From an uncultured Gammaproteobacteria bacterium (GTDB lineage Bacteria > Pseudomonadota > Gammaproteobacteria > Magnimaribacterales > TMED112): a stretch of 64,000 nucleotides of DNA. Below the pieces are notes generated by a model. The model saw nothing but the letters and a program-made list of their open reading frames with translations, was not told the origin of the DNA and searched no databases. Positions within the stretch are counted from its first letter, which is position 1. Each line of letters opens with the position of its first letter. The translations under genes were made by a program, and so were the position numbers. Positions 47,674-56,722 of the stretch are shown here, piece by piece. The DNA lies in assembly GCA_913044115.1 (NCBI GenBank), contig CAJWNO010000001.1:27452-91451 (forward strand), read 5' to 3'.

Positions 47674-48669
47674 TTAAAGTTTACTTATACCTACCAGCCT
47701 CTTTGCTTCTTTGACTAAAGGAAGGGTTTGTTCCCTAACTTTTTCTGCACCTGATTTTAGAATCTCTTCGATGTGTTTTTTATTTGAATTAAGCTCAAGA
47801 TATTTTTCTCTTATAGGAGTGAGTATTTTATTAAGCTCCTCAAATGTTTTTTGTTTTGCATCACCCCACCCAATACCATCATCAAACATATTTTGCATTT
47901 CCTCTTGCTGATCTTTTGAAGTAAAACTTGAGTAAATACTAAACAGAGTATTATCTCTCCAATCTTTCTTCTCACCTGGTTCTTGTGAATTAGTTACAAT
48001 TTTCATGATAGATTTTTTAAGTTCTTTTTCTTCAGCAAGTAAAGGAATTATATTGTTATAGCTTTTAGACATTTTTCGTCCATCTGTACCTAAAACTGTT
48101 TTTTCATCTTTAATAACCGCTTCCGGAATATTAAAGAAATCGCCATACTTGCGATTGAATTTCTCAGCAATATCTCTTGTTATTTCTAAATGTTGTTGTT
48201 GATCTTTTCCAACTGGAACATGTGTTGCGTTAGGCGTCAAAATATCCGAAGCCATAAGCAGAGGGTAGGAAAAAAGTCCCATTGATATCCCTTCATCAGA
48301 ATCCTTCTTCCCGCTTTCATTATTAGTATCTACAGCTGCCTTATAAGCATGAGCCCTATTCAGTAGCCCTTTTTCTGTGATGCAACTTAACAGCCAGGCC
48401 AATTCTGTAATCTCTGGAATATCTGATTGTCTGTAAAAATTTGTTTTCTCTGGATCTAGTCCGGATGCTAACCATGCCATAGCAATACCATTACTCAGCT
48501 CTTTTAATTTTTCTGGATCAGATACTTTAATGACCGCATGAAGGTCTGCAATAAACAAAAATGATTCACACTTTTCATCCAAAAGGTCTAGTGATGGCTT
48601 AATTGCTCCTATATAATTTCCTAAGTGAGGATAGCCACTTGGCGTTATACCTGTTAAAATCCGTTTCAT
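47674..48669 (-). CDS. trpS: tryptophan--tRNA ligase
   Basis: HIGH-type 'PSGYPHLGNYIG' and 'KMSKS' are present. 331 aa. Confidence 0.92.
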   Translation of the reverse strand: MKRILTGITPSGYPHLGNYIGAIKPSLDLLDEKCESFLFIADLHAVIKVSDPEKLKELSNGIAMAWLASGLDPEKTNFYRQSDIPEITELAWLLSCITEKGLLNRAHAYKAAVDTNNESGKKDSDEGISMGLFSYPLLMASDILTPNATHVPVGKDQQQHLEITRDIAEKFNRKYGDFFNIPEAVIKDEKTVLGTDGRKMSKSYNNIIPLLAEEKELKKSIMKIVTNSQEPGEKKDWRDNTLFSIYSSFTSKDQQEEMQNMFDDGIGWGDAKQKTFEELNKILTPIREKYLELNSNKKHIEEILKSGAEKVREQTLPLVKEAKRLVGISKL

Positions 48670-48714
48670 TCAATTACTATTTGTTTGAAATTATAAATAA
48701 TATTCAGCTAATTT

Positions 48715-50133
48715 GTGGGAGACAAAGCAATAAATCTTAATCAACAACTAAATGAGATAGAGAGTCTATTCTCTACAGGCCATATTAAAAAGGCTCAAAA
48801 GGACCTTCGCAAACTTAATTCACAGTTTGGTAAAGGGAAGCCTATTCCTTCAAAATTTAGACATAAATTCCAAAGACTTAATTTTACAGCCAAGGAATAT
48901 GATGATTGGGCAGAATTTGCTACTTCCGATAAAAGAACTGAACTAATTAATGAGGTTGAAAAACTACAGGCTGAAAAGCTTGAACCAAGATCACTTGCAA
49001 ACAGAATTAACTCTCTCCAAAAGCAATGGCAAAATTTAGATCAGCACGGCAAGACAGCCAGCAAAGAAAAATGGTCAACATTTAAAGAAGCTTGTGAGAA
49101 AGCCTGGGCACCTTGTAAGGATTATTTCGCAGTACTTGAAGACAGAAAAGAAGAAAACAGAGACAAAAAACTAGCATTATTGAAAGATATTGATGCCTTC
49201 CCTGCCGGAAAAACTGTTGAAAATACAACTGTTATACAAATAGTAATGTTCTTAAAAGGCATCCATGAAAAATGGAAACAATTTGCACCTGTACCCGATA
49301 AAGACTTTCAAGACTTAAATAACAAATTCAAAGAATCTAGAGATGGTGTAAATAAGCTCCTTGAGCAGGTCGAAATCTATAATAGAACGCAAAAAGAAGC
49401 GGTTATAGAGGAAGTTCAAGGTTTAAGCAAAGAAGATATCGATGCATCAGTTTTAAGAATAAGAGAGCTACAAGATCATTGGAGAACTCTTGGTCCAGCG
49501 GGCAAAAAGCTTGATCCAGAAGTTAATCAAAAATTTGAGTTAGCCTGCGATGAATTTTTAAGAATTAAAGACAAAGAGCTTGATGAATCTAGAGGTTTAA
49601 TGGATGTAATTATTAAAGATCTCAGAGACAAGAAAGTTTCACCTGGAGAAGCTGAACAAAGATTTACAGAACTTGAAAACCTACATGGCACTGCAGAAGA
49701 GAAGAAATTTAAGAAGGCTATAAAAGACTTTGCAATGCTTCAGAAGAATGAAAAAGCTCAAGAAAAATTGAAGTCTTATCAGGAGCTTTTTGAAGAACTT
49801 ATTGAGAAAGGATCTGATAAAGTTTCAAAAGATCTAATACCGGAATTTGTTAACGGCAAACCTTCTGAATCAATGGACTTAAATGAAGCAGCAATAAGGT
49901 TTCAAATGTTTGCAGGGCTTGATCCTGTAGGCCCAAAAGAAATGGTTTCAAGAGTTAAGTTTGAAGAGCTAAGAAATAGATTCACAGAGAAGTCAGTAGA
50001 TATGGGTGAAAAACTGAAAGAGCACTTCACAAATCTTGTTTATTCAAAAGGAACCTCAAGCAAAAAAGAATCTGCTGATGTTAAAAAAGCTATGGTTAAA
50101 GCTCTTAAAAAAGTAGAGCAGTTGTTACCTTAG
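48715..50133 (+). CDS. DUF349 domain-containing protein
   Basis: GTG start. Repeated helical modules with a W..F...W..lG pattern (e.g. 'LQKQWQNLDQHGK...KWSTFKEACEKAW', 'LQDHWRTLGPAGK') typical of DUF349. Confidence 0.7.
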   Translation: MGDKAINLNQQLNEIESLFSTGHIKKAQKDLRKLNSQFGKGKPIPSKFRHKFQRLNFTAKEYDDWAEFATSDKRTELINEVEKLQAEKLEPRSLANRINSLQKQWQNLDQHGKTASKEKWSTFKEACEKAWAPCKDYFAVLEDRKEENRDKKLALLKDIDAFPAGKTVENTTVIQIVMFLKGIHEKWKQFAPVPDKDFQDLNNKFKESRDGVNKLLEQVEIYNRTQKEAVIEEVQGLSKEDIDASVLRIRELQDHWRTLGPAGKKLDPEVNQKFELACDEFLRIKDKELDESRGLMDVIIKDLRDKKVSPGEAEQRFTELENLHGTAEEKKFKKAIKDFAMLQKNEKAQEKLKSYQELFEELIEKGSDKVSKDLIPEFVNGKPSESMDLNEAAIRFQMFAGLDPVGPKEMVSRVKFEELRNRFTEKSVDMGEKLKEHFTNLVYSKGTSSKKESADVKKAMVKALKKVEQLLP

Positions 50134-50355
50134 TCCCCTAATATATTCAAAACCAAATAACATAGTCATTGCAAAACCAGATACAAATTTAGCTTTTTTT
50201 CTAATTCGATTATAGAAATAAAGGTATTCCAAAAAATGAATAAAAACCGCTAAAATTGCAGCATAATCAACCAGCATAAAAAAAAGGGAATCATTGGTGG
50301 TGATTTGAGTGACAAAAACCAAAACCCAGAAAATTATAATGAATGCTCTTATCAT
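50125..50355 (-). CDS. hypothetical small membrane protein
   Basis: 76 aa with three hydrophobic segments. 4-nt overlap with the upstream esterase gene. Confidence 0.4.
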   Translation of the reverse strand: MIRAFIIIFWVLVFVTQITTNDSLFFMLVDYAAILAVFIHFLEYLYFYNRIRKKAKFVSGFAMTMLFGFEYIRGLR

Positions 50356-51374
50356 AAGTAGGACCTAATTTTATCAAAGATTGTTAATGCACCCTTCTCC
50401 GCTGTTCTTAAATTAGTTAGATTTACAAAACCATGAAAAAGATCCGGAAAGTGAAGCTTTCTAACCTCATTCCCAGATTCTGTTAAAAGATCAGCATACT
50501 TATTGCCTTCATCACATAGTGGATCAAAACCAGCAGTTATTGATAAAGTTGAAGTTCCCATAAGGTTTGGTCGATCTTGTTTGAGTAAATTAAATCTGGG
50601 ATTTATATCATCATCAGCTTGAGATCTTAGTTGCTCCCAAAACCATTCCATAGAGGCTTTAGTTAAAAGAAAATTTTCCTTGTAAAGCTCCATAGATTCG
50701 TGTCTAAGTGATGGGCATATCATAGGATAGATTAGTATTTGTGCATGTGGCATTTGTGATTCTTTAGAGGCTAAATCATAACTTAATGATGCTGCAAGAT
50801 GAGCACCAGCGCTGTCACCACACAATAAAATTTTACTGCCTTGCATATCATTATTTAAAAGCCATTTATAAGCTTTATTGGCGTCAGCCAAAGCATTTGG
50901 AAATTTATTTTCAGGAGACAATCTATATTCCAAAGAATATATTTTCATTCCTAGTGCAATGGACATTAGAGCAACAAAGTTATGATGTGTTTCTACGCTC
51001 CCCAAAACATAACCACCACCGTGAAAATAAAGCATTGCCTTATCTGTTTTCAAATTACTAGGGACATATTCTCTAAGATATATATCGCCCTCTTCGCTGA
51101 TACCTAAATCGTTATAAGAATAGTTATTAGGAGGTTTTCTGTTTAGATTTAGACTCATTCTAGCGAAATCCGTATTTAGTCTTTCTCTATTATCAAAATT
51201 TGTTGTGTCAGGCTTATAGCCGAATATATCGATTAATTTAAGGAAAATGAAAGACTGATGGTCCAAATAATTACTTCTTATAAAGGCACTTTTTTTGGGG
51301 TAAATTTTTTTTAAGAGCGAATCAGGCACCAAGAAAAAGCTGTTGAGCAAAAGGTTTATAAAAAAATATTTCAT
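50352..51374 (-). CDS. alpha/beta hydrolase, HSL-type (family IV) esterase/lipase
   Basis: Oxyanion 'HGGGY', nucleophile 'GDSAGAHLA', C-terminal 'DLFHGF'. Confidence 0.85.
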   Translation of the reverse strand: MKYFFINLLLNSFFLVPDSLLKKIYPKKSAFIRSNYLDHQSFIFLKLIDIFGYKPDTTNFDNRERLNTDFARMSLNLNRKPPNNYSYNDLGISEEGDIYLREYVPSNLKTDKAMLYFHGGGYVLGSVETHHNFVALMSIALGMKIYSLEYRLSPENKFPNALADANKAYKWLLNNDMQGSKILLCGDSAGAHLAASLSYDLASKESQMPHAQILIYPMICPSLRHESMELYKENFLLTKASMEWFWEQLRSQADDDINPRFNLLKQDRPNLMGTSTLSITAGFDPLCDEGNKYADLLTESGNEVRKLHFPDLFHGFVNLTNLRTAEKGALTIFDKIRSYL

Positions 51375-51481
51375 GTTTTTGTTCTTGAAGAACTCTCAAC
51401 AACTAATATATTATATTTATTGAAAGGAACTCTTAATTAGATAGATTGAATTAAATAATCAAAAAATACAAAATTTAAATC

Positions 51482-52717
51482 ATGCATACATCCAATTTAA
51501 TAGCCTACGTAGTACCTATATTCATTTTGATGATATTGTCTGAATTCCTGTACGGCTATTTTAAAAAGAAGAATAACTATAGGCTTAATGATACGGTCAC
51601 AAGCATTGGACTAGGGCTAATGAGTCGCTATCCTGCATTACTTGGATTAGGGGTACAAGGATTAGTTTATGCTTTTATTTCCCAACAATTTAATCTTGGT
51701 TTGTTGGCTTCTTATGATTTATACGTATGGGTGATAGCATTCGTTTTATACGATTTGAGTTATTACTGGTTACATAGATCACATCACCAAATCAAAGTAC
51801 TATGGGCTTCTCATGTAGTGCATCATCATGGCGAAGAATTTAATCTTTCAACAGCCTTAAGGCAAACTGGTACAGATTTTCTTTTCAAATGGATTTTCTA
51901 TACACCTATGTTGCTATTAGGGATACCAGTAGAGATATTTGTAACTGTAGCTGCATTAAATTTGATATACCAATTCTGGGTGCATACAGAGCACATTGGT
52001 AGATTGGGAATAATAGATTATATATTTGTTACCCCTTCAAACCACAGAATCCATCACGCTCAGAATAAAGAATACATCGATGCTAATTATGGAGGTGTCT
52101 TCATTCTATGGGATAGGATGTTTGGCACTTTTATTGACGAAAGAGAAGACCTCAAACCAATATATGGAACTTCAAAACCACTTAACTCATGGAACCCACT
52201 TTGGGCTAATTTAGAAGTTTGGAATGAAATGATTAAAGACACATGGAGAACAAAAAGATGGAGAGACAAAGTGGCCTTATGGTTTTCTACTCCTAAATGG
52301 CGACCTGCTGATGTTGCTGAAAAGTACCCCATCAAAAAGAACGATCTTAGTCAATTTAGAAAGTTTGATACTAAAACCTCGCTTTACGCCAAAATATTTG
52401 GTTTCGCACATTTAGTTTTTGTAAGCGTATACACACAAGGCGTCCTGTTTAATTCAGCTTCTATTGAATACGTTGATCTAATGCTGATATCACTGAATAT
52501 TGTAACTGTTCTGGTGTTTGCCTCCTTCATGTATGAAAACAGAGCATTTGTTTTTTACTTGGAATTAATAAGATCATTATCAGTTTTGACTCTTATAAGT
52601 GTCGGATACTTCAATTTTATGCCAGAAATAATCTTAGGTTATACTGCGTTTTCAGCTGCTGTTTCAGCTGGTATTGTTTTCAAAGATAGATTCTTATCTC
52701 TTAGCGAAGCTCGCTAG
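51482..52717 (+). CDS. fatty-acid hydroxylase/sterol desaturase superfamily protein with an extra C-terminal membrane domain
   Basis: Histidine boxes 'HRSHH', 'HVVHHH' and 'HRIHH'. About 140 additional C-terminal residues with 3-4 TM segments. Confidence 0.8.
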   Translation: MHTSNLIAYVVPIFILMILSEFLYGYFKKKNNYRLNDTVTSIGLGLMSRYPALLGLGVQGLVYAFISQQFNLGLLASYDLYVWVIAFVLYDLSYYWLHRSHHQIKVLWASHVVHHHGEEFNLSTALRQTGTDFLFKWIFYTPMLLLGIPVEIFVTVAALNLIYQFWVHTEHIGRLGIIDYIFVTPSNHRIHHAQNKEYIDANYGGVFILWDRMFGTFIDEREDLKPIYGTSKPLNSWNPLWANLEVWNEMIKDTWRTKRWRDKVALWFSTPKWRPADVAEKYPIKKNDLSQFRKFDTKTSLYAKIFGFAHLVFVSVYTQGVLFNSASIEYVDLMLISLNIVTVLVFASFMYENRAFVFYLELIRSLSVLTLISVGYFNFMPEIILGYTAFSAAVSAGIVFKDRFLSLSEAR

Positions 52718-53183
52718 GTTTCTTAAAAGCTTCAAGACTGCCGCAACCACGAACTAAGTCCACCCAACTTGCTTCAGTTAGAACTTCAGATAGAGCACAT
52801 GTTGGATACTTATTAAGAAATTTTTGAGTCAAATATTCTGTTATATCATGCATGGAAGGATTGTGCCCAACTACCATGACATTACTAATTTCCTCAGGTA
52901 TCTCATATAGCCTCTGCAAAATTTGCTCCATTGATGCATGATAAATTGAATTGCAATAATCTATTTCAGGAGAATTCTTTGAAAAGAAATGCTCAATAGT
53001 TTCTCTTGTTCTTCTTGAAGGGCTCGAAATTATTAAGTCTAATTTTATTTTTTTAGATCGAAAAAAATTCCCCATTAGGTCTGCGTCTTGTATTCCCCTT
53101 GTTGATAGAGGACGATCAAAATCTTTTAGTTCAAAATTATCCCAACTAGATTTTGCATGTCTAAGAAAATATAAGCTTTTCAT
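52701..53183 (-). CDS. histidine phosphatase family protein (SixA-like)
   Basis: 'LYFLRHAKS' (RHG-type motif) and 'VVGHNPSM'. 160 aa. Confidence 0.75.
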   Translation of the reverse strand: MKSLYFLRHAKSSWDNFELKDFDRPLSTRGIQDADLMGNFFRSKKIKLDLIISSPSRRTRETIEHFFSKNSPEIDYCNSIYHASMEQILQRLYEIPEEISNVMVVGHNPSMHDITEYLTQKFLNKYPTCALSEVLTEASWVDLVRGCGSLEAFKKPSELR

Positions 53184-53185
53184 AC

Positions 53186-54472
53186 CTAATTTGCCCGAGC
53201 TAACTCTTTTTTTAATCTACTTCTAAATGAGAAATCATCAACAGTAATTGTGTGCCTATCTGTTTGAAGTTGTTCAACATCAGGATTATCCAATTCTTCT
53301 TGAATAAGCTGATGTATATCTCCGCGTGGCTTCCAGTCACCAGCTAAATGTTTAGCAGCTAATTTTGACTGTAATTCAGCACCAGGCCAAATACAGCCTA
53401 AAGGCTGAAATAAGCCAATAAAATAGAGATTTCTTATATTTGCCGGCAGCATTCTGTGTAATAAGCTCACAGAACCTTCTTCAAAATTAATTAGATCCTT
53501 ATCAAAAAATTTATGTTTAATTTTGTAGCCTGTGCAAGCTATGACAGTGTCAAATTCCTCTTTTGTGCCATCTTTAAAATGCACATAGTTTCCATCAAAT
53601 TTTTCTACGTCAGGCTTTGGCAATACTTTGCCATGCCTCACAGAATTATAGAGATCAGAATTTACCGTTGGATGAGTAGCAAGTATATGATTTGTTACTT
53701 TAGGTAGCCCAATATTTTCATTTTTACCTTGAAGCATTTCGAGCATAAATCTCATAAAAGGAAGTCTTATGAATTTAGGTAACCATCTAGATTTCAAGGC
53801 AAAGATATCACTTGTCATCCCAAACATAAATTTTGGTATTAAGTAATACCCTCTTCTCCAACTTATCGATGTCTTTTTGGAAATTCGAGCTGTTTCAACA
53901 GCTACATCACATGCTGAATTCCCTCCCCCTATAACAAGAACTTTTTTGTCTCTGAATGGTTCGGCTTTTTTATAACTGTGGGAATGAATATACTCTCCAG
54001 AGAAATTTCCAGGATAATTTGGAAGTCTTGGTTCATGATGATGGCCATTACAAACTACTAATGCATCAAATTTTTGAACGTTAATTAAATCAGTATTTAC
54101 ATGTTTCCATTCGATTACCCATCTGCCTGATTCGTCTTGTTCGCATTTAATGACTTCTGCATTGAAATGTATATGTTTTTTGATTCCAAAATGCTCTGCA
54201 TAATCATTGAAATATTTAAGTAATTCTTTGTGTGATGGATAATCTGAAGCTGTCTTTGGCAGTGGGAAATCTTCATAGTAAGAAGTATATTTAGAGCTGA
54301 TAATATGTGTCGTTTCAAAGACGCTTGAGTGTCCTGAAGGGTCATCATATCTCCAGTTCCCACCAACACCCGCACACCGCTCAAAACCAATGACATCAAA
54401 ACCTCTGTCCTTAAAGTTTTTTACTGCGGTAATACCTGATGGCCCAGCGCCAATCACTGCTACTTTTTTCAT
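53186..54472 (-). CDS. flavin-containing monooxygenase (class B, FMO-type)
   Basis: 'VAVIGAGPSG', FMO-identifying 'FSGEYIHSHSYK' and a second Rossmann 'VIGGGNSACD'. I prefer the start at ATG 54472 (MKKVAVIG) over 54532. Confidence 0.85.
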   Translation of the reverse strand: MKKVAVIGAGPSGITAVKNFKDRGFDVIGFERCAGVGGNWRYDDPSGHSSVFETTHIISSKYTSYYEDFPLPKTASDYPSHKELLKYFNDYAEHFGIKKHIHFNAEVIKCEQDESGRWVIEWKHVNTDLINVQKFDALVVCNGHHHEPRLPNYPGNFSGEYIHSHSYKKAEPFRDKKVLVIGGGNSACDVAVETARISKKTSISWRRGYYLIPKFMFGMTSDIFALKSRWLPKFIRLPFMRFMLEMLQGKNENIGLPKVTNHILATHPTVNSDLYNSVRHGKVLPKPDVEKFDGNYVHFKDGTKEEFDTVIACTGYKIKHKFFDKDLINFEEGSVSLLHRMLPANIRNLYFIGLFQPLGCIWPGAELQSKLAAKHLAGDWKPRGDIHQLIQEELDNPDVEQLQTDRHTITVDDFSFRSRLKKELARAN

Positions 54473-54523
54473 AATCTTTTTTGAATTAATATTGCTAAGA
54501 CTCCATATTAAACAAATTAGATT

Positions 54524-55318
54524 ATGTCTCAAGAGCTTGTTGTTAACTTAAATTTCTGGTCCAACCCTCCATGGTCGGACGGTAAAGGAAAATACCGTCT
54601 TGGGCTTAAACCTATTGAGATTGAAAAATGGTTTGAAGCTGAGATTGATGAAGAACTGAAGCAACATAAAGAAAAACTATTTGAAAACTCATATGAGAGT
54701 GTTGTAAGAGCTACTAAAGACTCAATGGAAGCCCAGAAGCTTCTCACGCAACATATTGCCTCAAACAACGAATATAGAGACCCTATAGCATCAATGTCTT
54801 TATCTGTTCCAGATGATCTATGTATTATCGAATCTGATGGACAACAAAGGTTATTAGCTGCATCAGTTTGCTCTCCTAGCTATTGGAATCTGAAAGAAAA
54901 GATCGGTGAACCTCTCAGGGTCATACATAAGCCTGTAAAAACATTGAATGAAAAAATTGGAAATCCAATAGAAAGATTTATAAGTAATGCTCCAGTAGGC
55001 ACACCATTCAAAAGAGAGAATTGGTTTATTCATGGAGATAGCCAAAGAATGCATCTTGAGTCGGAAGGTTTTCCCAAGGGAGATATCTCTGAGTGGGTAA
55101 TTCGCTCTGAAAGAGAAACTTTATGCAGATATGACGAAAAATACTCTTTATTTGCGATAAATGTAAGGTTTCAAAAATTAAGTTTTGTGAATAATTTCTG
55201 CGAAGCTAAAGAATCTTTGAAAGAAAGCCTTCTAAAGCTTGATAAAGATGAAATAGTTTATTTTGGTGGACAAACTAAGCTCGATTTAATTCTTTCTTAT
55301 CTTGAGTCTTCAGAGTAG
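54524..55318 (+). CDS. DUF3445 family protein (heme-dependent oxidative N-demethylase alpha-like)
   Basis: 'LLAASVCSPSYWNLKEKIGEPLRVIHKPV' fits the DUF3445 core (vcfPs.W.l.eKlG.pl..IH.PVP) as I recall it. Confidence 0.65.
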   Translation: MSQELVVNLNFWSNPPWSDGKGKYRLGLKPIEIEKWFEAEIDEELKQHKEKLFENSYESVVRATKDSMEAQKLLTQHIASNNEYRDPIASMSLSVPDDLCIIESDGQQRLLAASVCSPSYWNLKEKIGEPLRVIHKPVKTLNEKIGNPIERFISNAPVGTPFKRENWFIHGDSQRMHLESEGFPKGDISEWVIRSERETLCRYDEKYSLFAINVRFQKLSFVNNFCEAKESLKESLLKLDKDEIVYFGGQTKLDLILSYLESSE

Positions 55319-56642
55319 TAAAGTAGTCATTTGCTTTTGCAACAACTTTAGGAGCTAACCAAATTGTTGAAATAAGAGTTGGAATTGCCATCATGGCGAA
55401 GGAACCGTCAACTACATTGAGTGCGAAATCTAATGATGTTACAGAAAATATGCCTACAAATAATATGAAAATGTATTGGTATATTTTATTTCCTGACTCG
55501 CCAAATAAGAATTTTGCACAACTAGCACCATAGTAAGAATAGGTAAAGATTGTGCTCATGCCAAAACTAACAACACACAAAAATAGGATTAGTGAACCAA
55601 TTGGCCCCAATATCATGGAGAATGCTTCAGAAGTAAGGGTTACACCACTGCTATCAGAAGATTGCCAAACACCTGAAATAAGAATGATAAGAGCTGTTAA
55701 TGTGCACATTATTAGTGTGTCAAAAATTGGTCCTGTCATTGCTACAAGACCCTGTTTTACTGGATTAGATGTCTTTGCAGCACCATGAACCAGCGATTCA
55801 GTTCCTATACCAGCTTCATTGCTAAATGCACCTCTTCTTATTCCGGTGATAATAACTCCTGCTATACCTCCACCTAACACAGCATTACCAGTAAAAGCAT
55901 CCACAAAAATTAGTCGAAATGAAGGCAAAAGTTGATCAATATTTAAGAGGATTGCAGAAAGGACTGAAACAAAATATAGAACAGCCATGATTGGTACAAG
56001 CCAAGCTGATACTTCAGCAATACGTTTTAAGCCGCCTAAAATTACAATTGAAGTTAAAACGACAAGTATAAATGCAGCAATATATTTAAAATTTTCAACG
56101 TCTGAAAAATATAAATCATTAGTTATCTGAACAAGTTGGTTGGCTTGAAACGATGGTAAACAACCAATGATCCCAAAAATAGCAAAAAAATATGCAAATG
56201 GCAGCATAAATTTCGGTAGACCGTTCTTTATGATATACATAGGACCAGCATTTGCTTCTCCATTTGGTCCAATTTCCCTATACATAACAGATAGTGTGCA
56301 AGTGAAAAATTTAGTAGCTATGCCAAAAATTGCAGTAATCCACATCCAGAATATAGCGCCTGGACCACCAATTTGTATAGCTACAGCTACTCCTGCAATA
56401 TTTCCTAATCCAATTGTCCCTGATAAAGCTGCTGTAAGAGCTTTAAAATGGCTTACATCGCCTTCATCATCTTTATTTGAGTGTTTGCCTGCTAATACAG
56501 AAAATGCATGCGGTAGATACAAAAAAGGTCGTAGTCTTGAAGCGTAAAGAAAGTAAGCTCCAGCACCAAGCAAAAGTACAACAAGCCATGGGCCCCAGGC
56601 CCAAGTGGCGAAATCTGCTGCTAGCTTATCTAAATATTCCAC
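55275..56642 (-). CDS. alanine/glycine:cation symporter (AGCS family)
   Basis: GTG start. 'ALSGTIGLGNIAGVAVAIQIGGPGAIFWMW' is the AGCS signature. 455 aa, polytopic. Confidence 0.88.
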   Translation of the reverse strand: MEYLDKLAADFATWAWGPWLVVLLLGAGAYFLYASRLRPFLYLPHAFSVLAGKHSNKDDEGDVSHFKALTAALSGTIGLGNIAGVAVAIQIGGPGAIFWMWITAIFGIATKFFTCTLSVMYREIGPNGEANAGPMYIIKNGLPKFMLPFAYFFAIFGIIGCLPSFQANQLVQITNDLYFSDVENFKYIAAFILVVLTSIVILGGLKRIAEVSAWLVPIMAVLYFVSVLSAILLNIDQLLPSFRLIFVDAFTGNAVLGGGIAGVIITGIRRGAFSNEAGIGTESLVHGAAKTSNPVKQGLVAMTGPIFDTLIMCTLTALIILISGVWQSSDSSGVTLTSEAFSMILGPIGSLILFLCVVSFGMSTIFTYSYYGASCAKFLFGESGNKIYQYIFILFVGIFSVTSLDFALNVVDGSFAMMAIPTLISTIWLAPKVVAKANDYFTTLKTQDKKELNRA

Positions 56643-56676
56643 TTAAATTAATCTAAAGACTCTTTGAATTAAAAGC

Positions 56677-56706
56677 AAAAAAAAAGCCGCAATAAGCGGC
56701 TTTTTT
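56677..56706 (-). terminator. rho-independent (potentially bidirectional) terminator
   Basis: A9-GCCGC-AATAA-GCGGC-T6. Flanking A:T pairs extend the stem. On the minus strand the hairpin is followed by a T9 run. Confidence 0.8.
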
Positions 56707-56722
56707 AAAAGAATTAAACTAA

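Noticed and set aside
53186-54472. Annotating the FMO as trimethylamine monooxygenase (Tmm)
   Set aside because: Its motif pattern (GGGNSACD second Rossmann, FSGEYIHSHSY) resembles generic or eukaryote-like FMOs rather than the Tmm/mFMO sequences I remember. Substrate cannot be assigned from sequence alone.
56643-56722. Glycine riboswitch upstream of the alanine/glycine symporter, and similarly near gcvP at the window edge
   Set aside because: Only about 80 nt are available, and most of it is a simple terminator hairpin. That is too short for a glycine aptamer. The gcvP upstream region is outside the window.
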